A stretch of DNA of 64,000 nt from Ylistrum balloti. Taxonomy: Eukaryota. Shown piece by piece: positions 13,791-25,043 of this stretch (the stretch's first letter is position 1; each line of letters opens with the position of its first letter). The notes beneath the pieces were generated by a model, which was not told the DNA's origin, ran no database searches, and saw only the letters and a program-made list of their open reading frames with translations. The stretch covers positions 1 to 64,000 of the forward strand of contig NW_026782232.1 in NCBI RefSeq assembly GCF_031769215.1. Reading direction: 5' to 3'. Both the position numbers and the translations under genes were made by a program.

Positions 13791-14255
13791 TTTAACAATG
13801 ATACAATTGAATGTCCACACTAGAGAGTCTTGCTGAATGTCCATACTGTAGACGGAGTTGTCAATTTATCTGAATGTCCATACCACTGTCTGAAACTTAA
13901 TGGTACATACAATAACATATGATAGATCCATATTCATGAAATTCACACTAAGTTGCGTCATTCTGGCTGATCTGTTGTTCACTTGAATAAACTTTTGAAA
14001 ACTTTGTCGGCAAATTAATCGGTCCAAATATATGCCTATGGAAGAGAATGAATTCAGCGAGGTTTAGATGACAAGGGCCTCAGAGATAGTATCTGCCATT
14101 AACGGATTGTTTCAAATGAAGAAATTGATAACAAGATCCTTTATTTTGGTGCCTACGAGAAACTCTGATTTTGGTTTCCTTCGAAAACGTCTGCAGCTTT
14201 TGGGGATTGGGTGATGATTTGAAGAGTAGGCAAAACATATCATAAATGATGTCAG
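13770..14255 (-). ncRNA. Candidate second exon of the divergent transcript (lncRNA or small ORF)
   Basis: Minus-strand acceptor cttggtttcag| ending at 14256; GC above the flanks; minus-strand AATAAA near 13787-13792. Coding status unclear. Confidence 0.3.
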
Positions 14256-14635
14256 CTGAAACCAAGATACTGGTTTAAACAAAATAGAAATCAAATTTTC
14301 TTTTAAAATTATTGTTCGTTAGTAAGTTCAAGCTTCAATAAACTTATTTAAACAAATTGAATTCTAACTTTAATATTGTAATCAATTAATATATAGTCAC
14401 AGCCTACAGGACAAAACATTGACGTGAGACAAATCTAAAATCCAACAGAAATTAGAAATTTTATTTAAGCTTTGGTCCATATTCCCAAATACATTTAGAT
14501 AAATTAAACTTTCGGCATCATACAAGCATGTATTGATAACAAATGGTAAATTCTGAAGTGTGTGTGGTTATAAAAAATTTTGATAATCAGAGTAAACCAT
14601 TTAAAGGGAGGCAACTTTTGTAGGAATATACTTAC

Positions 14636-14750
14636 CTACATGAACTACTCAGATATATTCCATGGTTAGATGTGTAATTGAGGGCGTAAAATCCGGTAAA
14701 ATAAATAAATAAATAAACAAGCGCATCACGTACCGGAATCCGAAGTTAAA
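14636..14750 (-). promoter_or_regulatory. Divergent promoter and candidate first exon of a minus-strand transcript
   Basis: CpG cluster with ACCGGAA and CACGT motifs at 14690-14745; minus-strand donor TAG|GTAAGTA (plus tacttaccta, GT at 14635-14634). Confidence 0.4.
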
Positions 14751-15499
14751 GTGCATAATGAATAGTTATGTCGTAGGTGCTTGGAAAAGTGTTACATTTT
14801 GAAAGCACATCATAGCAATATTAAATGCATTCTATGTAAATTGATCATGAATTCTATTACAGATCTATGTGACGTCCCTGTCAGCATATAAATATTTTCG
14901 TGTATGGCATTAGAATAAACTTTTATTTTAAAATAAATAAAGATATTGTTTAAAACAGCTACGTGGACCGTGCATCACCAACTATACTACTTAATCTTAG
15001 TAGACCATATAAGTGTCTGATTCAAAGCTTTGGCTGTAAGCTCTGGGTGGAAGAATAGATACTTTTTATGTTTACAAATCAACCAAAAACAATGTTTTTA
15101 TCAATCACTAAAGCTTAACTGTTCTTGCTTCTTTTTATCGTCGTATTTTTGGAAGTGGGTGGTGCCGGATGGTTTGGGTAAGGAGAGTCACGGTGTGAAT
15201 GTTTTATTGTAAACCAGTGATCAGGTTCTCGACTTAACGCCTACTATACTTTAATGGTTTGTATAATATAAGACGGTAAATATGTTTACATTCTACATTT
15301 TTAAAATTACAATATTGCAGTACAACTGTGTATGATCGGGAGTGAGCTGTATGTGGTGGTTTGGTGGGAGGGGTCACGCTCAGGGGACTTTAACGTAAGA
15401 TATAAACAAAAAGTTATATTATATCTTTCCGCGAAGTTTGATAACAAAAAATACTTAACAAAGTAAAGATAAAATAAAGCTGAAAAATCTCTATTTTCT

Positions 15500-15648
15500 G
15501 TCTATGCTGGGTGTCGAAGTGGACCATAAATCTCCTTTTAATACCGGTTTCCGTTCCGGAATTATTACGCACAACCAGTTTCCTGTTTGAAAAGTTAGCT
15601 GCTGGACCAAGACCAAATTATTTTGAAGATTCGAGGAGAACTAAAATA
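15500..15648 (+). promoter_or_regulatory. CpG-rich promoter and candidate non-coding first exon of the FRRS1-like gene
   Basis: Local CpG enrichment; ETS-like cores (TTCCGGAA, TTTCCTG); donor ATA|GTGAGT at 15649; sequence downstream is T/G-skewed like a sense-strand intron. Confidence 0.5.
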
Positions 15649-15895
15649 GTGAGTATTTCACCGTGAACTCAAGCTTATGTTTCATTTGAATATCATCCCA
15701 GTCAACTTTTACAAAAGTGTGTGTATCCATTTATGTGGAAAGACACGGACACAAGTATCAACTACACAATCCGAGTAAAAACTACACGATTCTGTCGAAC
15801 AATTCTGTCTTATTGGAATAGGGACACTCTTCGTTCTCCAGACCTTCTTAGTAAAACGATAATCTATCTTGAATGCATGGGGACGCAGAGAGAGA

Positions 15896-15997
15896 AAAAA
15901 TACAGTAAAAAGCTATAGCGAAGAAGTTATAAAAGTTATAACCTAGAAAAATACAGTAAAAATCTATAGCGAAGAAGTTATAAAAGTTATAACCTAG
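15896..15997. repeat. 51-bp tandem duplication
   Basis: aaaaatacagtaaaaa(g/t)ctatagcgaagaagttataaaagttataacctag x2, one mismatch. Confidence 0.9.
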
Positions 15998-16182
15998 TCT
16001 TGCTATGTTACCAATTTTCTCTAGAAGTACATGGATAAGGGCGGGCGTTTCAGGATAAAATACTAAAACCACCGAAGTATATAAAGGGTTTTGGCCTCAA
16101 TTTCGATTTTTGTCAAATTTGATAACACTTTTATCCATATTATGCTGTTCTTACATATTTTATCCCGATACCTGTTTTTCAG

Positions 16183-16320
16183 CAGTCGAAAGTACTTCGA
16201 AAGTACTTTTGTATTAGTTAGACATTAAGTGAAGTCAATAGTCACAAAGTATATGCAGGGACGTATAATACTGTTATATACGTCCCTGGTATATGTGACG
16301 TCAAAGTATTTCTTCGACTG
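16183..16320. mobile_element. Fold-back MITE-like element containing a 33-bp palindromic insertion (16256-16288)
   Basis: Outer arms CAGTCGAA...TTCGACTG; inner CAGGGACGTATA-9 nt-TATACGTCCCTG flanked by direct repeat GTATATG. Confidence 0.65.
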
Positions 16321-18960
16321 CCAATGTCTTTTATGTAAACCGTAGTGTAAAAGGTAGACACTTTTCATATGATCCTGTTTTTTTTTTAGTGTTATCCTTG
16401 ATTAAAAGTGAAATGTTCTGCTTAACTTAACACTGTGTATTTATATACAAAAACGTCAGCAAAAAAAATGTTTTATTAAAATCATATCAGTGGAAAATCC
16501 ATACTGAAATTACATGTACATACATCTCCGAGTACATAAAGGTGGTAAGAGCAGTTGCTACTGTTATGATATAACTTTGATATAACATAGAATATTATTA
16601 TATTGGTGTGCAAATCTTTTATGCTTTTGGTTTGTCAGTTTCAGAGGAATAAAATTGTTTTGTAACAGAGGTACTTACTCACATACACATGGAACGTTTA
16701 CTTAGTTCAACACATGTCACACATGTGTATGTGTGTCAACAGTCGTCACAAAAACCAAGAGAGTTATGTGTATACCCAGGACTAATTGATAAAATATATG
16801 AAACAGGTTAAACAGTGTTGCAAGTTCTTATCTTCATTATTATCTATCTGGAGGGGTTCATTTGGACAGAGATATCTCTGGTTATCCTTTTTCCCACCAC
16901 TTCAATTATTATGCAGAAAAAATCAGTTTGATTTGGTCTTGCTCTAATTGTTACTGAGAACATATACATTGAAAATATGACCAAAAGTAGTTATTTTCCT
17001 CAAGATCTCTGCTTTTATGTATTAGTCACCATATTGATTCTGAGGCGTCGTTAATAAGTGTATATCCGCAAGTGGAGAGTAGTAGAAAGCTTAATAATTT
17101 AAAAATTGATTGTGTGAAGTCTTTTGATAATCAGTTTCTGTTAACTTTTGATATTTTTAAAACGATACAAATGTTTAAGCTATTTACAACTGAATAAACA
17201 CCCTATATTAGATACTACTGACTAATTTTCCGTTTCACTCATATAATTGTTCTGATATACTTTTTATAAGTATTCTTTTTTTTTTTCAAAAATCAGATTA
17301 ATTTCTCATTGGTAGACAAAATATCTCTGGTCCACATTAACTACAGTATAAAATTGATTTAAGCACAAAGGTAGATAACAGAAATGAATACATCTCTTGC
17401 ATAGAGAATACATGGTCAGTGTCTTAAAATATAAGCAGTATTTTGACAAGGGCAAAGAAAGACAAAAGTAGCGAGCCTCTGGTGAGCCTTTGTATATTTT
17501 AAAGACAAAAACCATGTATTCTCTTTCATCCGGCAACATTGATTGAAAATTAGATTATTGAAACTTGCACAATATTTTTGTTTAATCTGTGATTACCTGA
17601 CATTGACGTTAAGCTGAAATTTGTCTAATCACTGACACCAAAATAATTGCTCAGGGCGGAAACATAGTTCATTACTTCATCGGATATAGCAGCGATTATA
17701 TGAATTTTCATAAATCAACTTGTTCATTACAACATGTAAAATTGCTTATTTCAACAACTTTTTATATTTTTATACATAATATTTTAGTAAATTCAAAGAG
17801 TAATTCTATCGAATTACCATATGTACAGCTGTTTTGTGTCACTGCCAAATATAACAAAAATATATTTGGCAGGTGTATTTCGACAGTTGCATGATAAAAA
17901 TTAATACAGTGTCACATGGGAAGGTTGTTTATGACAAGTTTACTTTAACTGGTAATATACTAGCTACTTCTAAGGACTAAATGTGATTTAAGAAATGTTT
18001 TGTTGTCCATTTGGTAGAGCAATATCCCGACATCAAATTAAATTGTCAGGTTTGTTAATTACTTATTACACACGATTTTATTGTTATTTACTTAATGGTT
18101 TGGTATAACCTAAAATTTGCTGTTGCCCAGCAGATAGTAGGTTGCATTTTCCTCAAGCTTCCCAGGAAAAAAATCTTTCCTCGAGACATGATGGTTTTAT
18201 TTACTGATGCATATACACTTGATGAATAAAGATTTTGTTCCTAATTGGGGCAGAAGATCTATTCCAAATCTTATGTACATTCTGTCTATAAACACTTTTT
18301 ATCAAGATGAAATATAAGGGAAAGGCTACAAGGATAATTATGATCCAAAAAAAAAATCAAGTATCTAATGATTTGAAAATGGCTGAATGGAAACATCCAC
18401 ATCGTCTGTGATCTGTTATGACTATGTACATTGTTACACTCAGCATTTAATTTTCTCATAAATATGATTTCCAGTTTGTTTCCTGTACCATTAGATGTGT
18501 GTGTTTAAATCAGCCTGTCAATTACTAATTGATCTTCCTTAAAATCATCCCATATCTTCTTGGTTTTGTCATTTGGCATTTTCAAAGAAAGCATTACCAT
18601 ATTATGGGTAACACTATGTATATTGATGTTGTAACAAAATGTTATTGGGAATATTCTTAAGATGACTGAGCAGAATTAAGGTACATCGGTATCTAAGTCA
18701 GCTGGCGTAGAGTTTTCATTTAGGTCCTTCATGACCAAGGTTGCATCCAAGTGATTTTTTTGTGAGAGGTTGTTTCAATGCGTATTCAAAAATCAAAGGC
18801 CAAAGATAAAATAATTCATCACAGAGTTATCAAAATAAGATTGTACCTTTTTCTGACAGTTTGTAATATATGATCAAGGTTTTCGTTATTCATTATCGAA
18901 AGTTGAAAGTCCATACCATTTCATAAGGGTGGATTCATGATTTTAAATGAGTATGGAATC

Positions 18961-19377
18961 ATGATACACTGTATTGTCATTTAGTTCAATTTTAGTTATC
19001 TCTTTGTTATTTCAATATGATGATAACACCCTTAAACAGTGCTCCAGATAACTTTTTGACATGTGGGGTTTTCACTCCTACCTTTATAAATTGAGGGGTT
19101 TTTTCACCCCTGCCTTCAACAAGTGTATGGGTTTTTCCATATTAGGGTAACACTGAATTTGTAAACATTTTTGACAGCGCCCTATTTGCTATGCGACTGG
19201 TTTATAATCACGATCAAGAAAGCGCTTGGAGTTTCGTTTACTTGATAAGTGTCTGTTTTTAGATTATTGAGTTTTCTAACTACGTAATATGGCCGGACAT
19301 GATGATACACTGTATTGTCATTTAGATCAATTTTAGTTATCTCTTTGTTATTTCAATATGATGATAACACCCTTAAA
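18961..19377. mobile_element. 265-bp insert (19037-19301) flanked by 76-bp direct repeats
   Basis: Repeats 18961-19036 and 19302-19377 (one mismatch); insert begins CAGTGCTCCAGATAA, resembling a hAT-type end. Confidence 0.65.
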
Positions 19378-20763
19378 TATAGTCTTTCAAAATGGATAAT
19401 TAAACAATATATCTTCTTACATGTTAATTTTAGTTGTCAGTGACTTTACTACAGATATCCTTTTCTCAGTAGTAAGCAAGAAAAGCTTATTGTGCACATG
19501 CTCAATGCTAAATTTGTTAAAGTAAACACTTAAAAATCCATGCACATGTTTTCTTTAATTCACTTGACATTTCATTCACATCTTGTTTTGATACCATGTT
19601 ATTATAATGTCTTGCATGCTCCTTTTAAAGTCAAGTTTGAATATTACTAACAGCAAGTATATAAAATTGAACATACCAGGTATAATTGAATGGAAAGGTG
19701 TGTATTGTAATGCAACTGATTGTATCAGAGCTAATATATGAAGTGAATTGTTAAAAGCCTACATTATTTATCCTGTTTTATTGCTGTTGAAGGAGCTTTA
19801 GTGTGGTAGATCCACCTCCACTTTTATCTGATTTTATGTAAAAGGATTGTTTTTTTAAAGGAATAAGGCGATTAAATAATAATTTGGAATAAATCAAATA
19901 CATATCATTAGCATGAATATAACAATAACATTCTGTCATACACATAGAGTGAATGATATTTAAGTCTATTCAAATGAATTTAAAAGTCATCTACTTTATG
20001 TACAAGTTTGAGATTTAATTTTACAATAGAATTTGGGGCACCTTCTTATAAAGAGTTAATCTTGCACATTAAACTGACTAGCTCCTCAGTCCTGTCAGAC
20101 CCATCACCATATGATCAATTATAATACATAGCTTAGGGAGATTAGAATATAGAGTATTGTATCAGTATTAAATATGCTATTTAGAAGATTTTTACATCTG
20201 TAAATTTTAACATTCTTTCAGCAAGTCCACTGTCCCCTGTAGGTATACAATGAATAACAGTGTTGTTATAGCACACAGAGTACTGTAACCTGTCAGACAG
20301 TATCCCTGGAGTGTCGCTGGTCCATTGAGGCGTAACCCACCATAAACAGTGGGTCAGGGTAAGCACTCAGCCCTCAAGTTTACAGCGACACTGTCCTTTT
20401 ATATCAACTTGTTAAAGGACCATTACTTGAAATGATGGTAGTGTGGCACATGGTACATTATGCGCTTGTTTTAGCTGCCAGAAATAGCGAGGTGTCATAG
20501 AGAAATAACACTACCAATATACCAGTGTTGGAGTATTAAAACAAGTCATATTTCCCCTTGGGGGCCCCTGTGATACTGAGGAGTGTAAAGTTTTGAATAC
20601 ACTTACATTTAGTTGTGGGTGTTAAGATTAGCATAAATACACATATTGTGCTATAACAGTTGGATTATTAGATACATAAAGTACTGTGTGTTAATAGTCC
20701 CTTACTCAGTAGCATGTTATGTTTAGGCTAACCACATACTTCTCTGTAGCCTTGTGAATCATA

Positions 20764-20948
20764 GGGTCAGACTGTAGGAGGGTTCAAAGGTCACAGAGTG
20801 GAGGTCAGGCCTCCCTTGTTTGGATGTGAAACAGTATACCCTCTTTCAATATGGAGGATGCATGTAGCTGACTGAGAGGGATAAGTAAGCGTTGGAAGTT
20901 TGTGTTCTTTCCAAGGGAATCAGTTTGAAATCTGAATATTAAAGTGAG
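20764..20948 (+). promoter_or_regulatory. Nuclear-receptor DR1 cluster, Inr and strong donor: candidate alternative promoter/first exon
   Basis: GGTTCA-A-AGGTCA (20781-20793); extra half-sites at 20764 and 20802; GATAAG near 20880; TCAGTT 20920-20925; donor GAG|GTAAGT at 20949. Confidence 0.4.
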
Positions 20949-21124
20949 GTAAGTTGTTTGCCACACTTTGGGAGATTAATGTTGTGTAAAAGTATGTCGT
21001 AGACTGTTATTGCCCACAGTTTCTGACAGACATCTGTACAGGTTTCTATGGTATACATTGTGCTCTATGTAGTGTATTACATATGACAGCACAGTGGCAG
21101 AACCTGTTTGAGACTTCAGCACCA

Positions 21125-21640
21125 ACTACCTGTGTATTTTGTGCCCTTTATAGACTGACATTTATACAGAGACATTATCTGTGTGTTCTCTACCAGTTGA
21201 GACTGACATTTATACGGATACATATTGTGTCCACTTTACAGACTGACTTTTATACTGATATATTTACCCACATTTTCTGTACACTTTATAGACTGACATT
21301 TAAATGCTGATATATTTACCTGTGTATTCTGTACCCTTACAGAACGACATAACAGTTTTACATTTACCTGTGTAATCTGTACCCTTTAAGACTGACATTT
21401 AAATGCTGATATGCTTACCTCTGTATTTTGTGCCCTTTACAGACTGACATTTATACTGATAAATTTACCTGTGTATTCTGTACCCTCAAAGAATGACATT
21501 ACAGTTTTACATTTACCTGTACATTTTGTACCCTTTAAGACTGACCTGTGTAATCTGCACCCTTGGTAAACTGACATACTGATACACCCACCTGTGTAAT
21601 CTGTTGTATCTGTGCCCTTGACAGACATACTGATACTTGT
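21125..21640. repeat. Degenerate minisatellite of about 50 bp
   Basis: Recurrent agactgacattt...tttacctgtgtattctgtaccc units with 40-50 bp spacing. Confidence 0.8.
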
Positions 21641-24600
21641 ATAATATATGTGTTATTTATACTCTAAATGATAAGACATGCTGTTACATCTACCTGTGTA
21701 ATCTGACCTCACTAGCCTTTGACATGTGTGTCATTCTCTTTGTTGCATTCATAACTATACAAAGAACTTCTATTTCAAGTTATACTGGTAATATGATAGA
21801 AACTAGCTGTGCTTCAGATTTCAGAATGTTTGTTTATGTTATATATATCAATTAGCATCAGTGATCACTTCTATGCATAATGAGGGTATTTTTTACCAGA
21901 TATGTTGAAGTATTGAAATACAAACATTTAATTATGAATTAAGGACATCAAAATATGTACCAGTAGCTTGTATCTAGCCATATTTGACTTACAAGAAACT
22001 CATTAATGATGATTGACAGGCTATTTACCAGAGTCTATGTGGGGCGGAATATGGGTCCCATTCCCATTTCATAATATGGCTAAATTCCAAAAAACACATA
22101 GATTACCCCTAAGAATTTCCTTCCCAAATGATCTTTTTTTTCCATAAAAAAAGATAAAAAGGCCTATTTTCAAATGAGTGGAAAATGCTCTGATCGATTT
22201 AAAATCCATTTATGAAGAAATTTTGTCTTCTATGATACATATTGTACATTATTTTTGTAATAGATATATTTATACCAGTATTTTGTTCGCCTACACACTC
22301 TAGTTATACCTGTATTACCTACAGCACTCCTGCATGGAAGTTATGTCATTGGTATGTTATTGAGTGTAAACTGTTTTTAAGTAATCTTATATATAGGTTT
22401 AGGAGAGGCACTAGCCAAGTATTTTATTATGGTTTAGTACACATGTATACTTGTACACACCACTATAATTATTGGTGTTTATTTTTTTTTCAAGATTTAA
22501 GACAGAACCTTAAGTATTCAAAGGGTATTAGTGGATTACTGCCGAAATAGAACATTTACTAAATGACATTAACGAAAACAGAAAAAGTCAATATAGGTAA
22601 AGGGATAATATTTGTGCATGTATTTGCATTGGATTTATAAATACATAATTAAAATTCATGTGCTATACTATAAAACCTTATTTCCTGTGAAAATTAAAAT
22701 TCATGTACTGTAAAACTTGTGAAAGTATGTATTAAACTGAAAAGTGGTTGAAACTTAAGCTAGCCAGATTCTAATAAGTACATTGAAATGAACATTATTT
22801 GACTTATTAAAAAAAAAAGTAGATGGTGGGTGGTACGGGTACTTGACAATCCTGCATTCTGTCATGATTTTTGCCCATTCACTCCTAAATACATGGAAAA
22901 TCCTGGCAGCTAAGAGTAATGGGTCATTTCCCACAGTTTTTAGTCAATATAGGAAATAAGAGGGAACATTATATATAAGAATAAAAGAAAATGGCTCCTT
23001 GACCCCTCCAGGATCATCCCTATAATCTTGAACTATAATTTGGTATAAAGTTGAGATTGTATAATGGTAATATATATTGGTCAATTTCTCATGTAGTTTT
23101 GGTCAATTAATTTTTTCCAAAGTTTTAATGGCCTTTTTATTTTAAGAATCTTAATTAAAATTTCCACAAAAGATGGTATGACCAGTAATGGAAAGCCTTG
23201 CTACCTCCATTTGGAATTTTGAAATGCCTCTTATCAAAGCCAATAACAGCACTTCCATACTGCTTGGTTGCCAGCTGTGACAGCTGTGTCGCTGGGACAT
23301 ATCTAGTTTGGACGACTAATCTGAAGTACAGAAAAATGATACAAATGTGCTACACAACTCTCTGAGTTGATGATTTAAGGAATTTTTCACCTTTACCCTG
23401 TACATGTTATGATGACAGAATCTTGTTTACCAGATGAAATTTCTGTGATATAAGTCCTTTAGGTGTCCGAAATTGAATCAGATTAGCACCCTATATTATG
23501 GTAATCTGCTCATCCTGTAGGCTGCAGGCATTGCTGTGACCTCTGATCTCACAGCTCATCATAAAAACTGAATCGCTGGCACAGGAATGTTGAAAAAGAA
23601 TCCTCATGTAAATTTATAGCACTGGTGATAAGACTTGTCTTCTGGTTTTTAAAGCTGCATTTTAAATCTGGATTTTAAGTTTTCAGTAAGACCAAGGTTT
23701 GCTTCAGATGAAAAATACTAATAGATAAAAAATAGCTGGACTTTTTACATGCAGAGATCCAATTTTGACAGACCATGTCTCCTTCTCAAAGTCATCTGTT
23801 AAGAGTTCAGCTTCATATTTCTTTGTGATGCAGTATGTCATGTTCAAATTTAAGTGTAATCATACCATGCTTCCTGAAGAAGCTGACATCCCCGTCTGAC
23901 TCATCTGTTTCTGTTGGCTTGTGATTAATAATTAGTCCATCACAGAACAGTTTGTGATCAGGTAATGGTGTCTGGCACCTGTGTGAGGGACCATATGTGC
24001 ATTAATTGATAATATGCTGTTCATGTTTTCTACCTATTGGAAGGTGTAAACATGTTGTTTTACAGTTGTTTAGCAGTGCTCATTAACAGATAGAAATACC
24101 CAGTCAATCTTTTTTGCTTAGTGTACTTGATGCCAACCCAGACCACCTTACTTACCAATTTTCATTCCATTGAAATATGTATATGTTACTATCTTTTTAT
24201 TTTTCATAATTTAGTAACCATCTTAATTCCTAAATTGCTACATATACGTATACAGGAACATATTCCAGTATTTTGTGTAACACACTGGAAGTGTCCAAGG
24301 GATAATAAAAGTATATATCAGACTTACTACTAAAGTCTTGCTGAAATTTGAACTTTCTCTTGTCCTGTCAGACATTAGCAAATCTACCTTTTTCCTGAAA
24401 ATACTTACCAAGCTACTTTCTTAGAGAAACTTTATTTCTTAATACTCTAGATCTAGAATATGAATTTTATGATAAACTTCTGAAGTAAAGGCAGCCAAAC
24501 TTGAAAATTCCTCTATGTTCCAAAGTTATCTCCCTTCTATACCCTATCCTGGCCTTAAGATACATTTAATGGTAGCTCAAAAAGTAACATGGCCTAGATG

Positions 24601-24915
24601 GCCTTAATGTTTGACCACTGCTAGTAAATTCAGTCAGAGAACTGCCTTATAGCTATTGGTGGGTGTAGTTATTATTTATGATCTGTTAGACATTCCCCTT
24701 TTTTGTAATTATGCAATGGAATAAGACAAAGAAACCCGCACCTTTCACTTCTTAAAGCAAAGATTTGTTAGTATTGCTTTGTGTACAGGTTACATCATCA
24801 CATTATCCACATACTGTCACACACTGTATAGAGCTGTCTTTAGATGTTCCATGTTTAAAAGTTACAACAGGTAAAATTTGATACATTTATACCTGATTTA
24901 TGAAATAGCTTTCAC

Positions 24916-25043
24916 TGTAATAGCAGTGGATATATGCATGTCAGTCAAGGGTTTGAACCAGGGACCCACAGAACTGTAGACGGATGCTCTAGCAATCGAG
25001 CTACATGATCACCAGACAGTCTACCTGGTCGAGTACTGCTACA
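24916..25043 (-). mobile_element. Solo LTR with internal tRNA-like sequence (Helenus/biv-TRIM-like)
   Basis: Termini TGTAA...CTACA with inverted ends; flanks TCAC/TAAC (3 of 4 match); minus strand carries A-box TAGCTCGATTG and B-box GGTTCAAAC. Confidence 0.6.
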
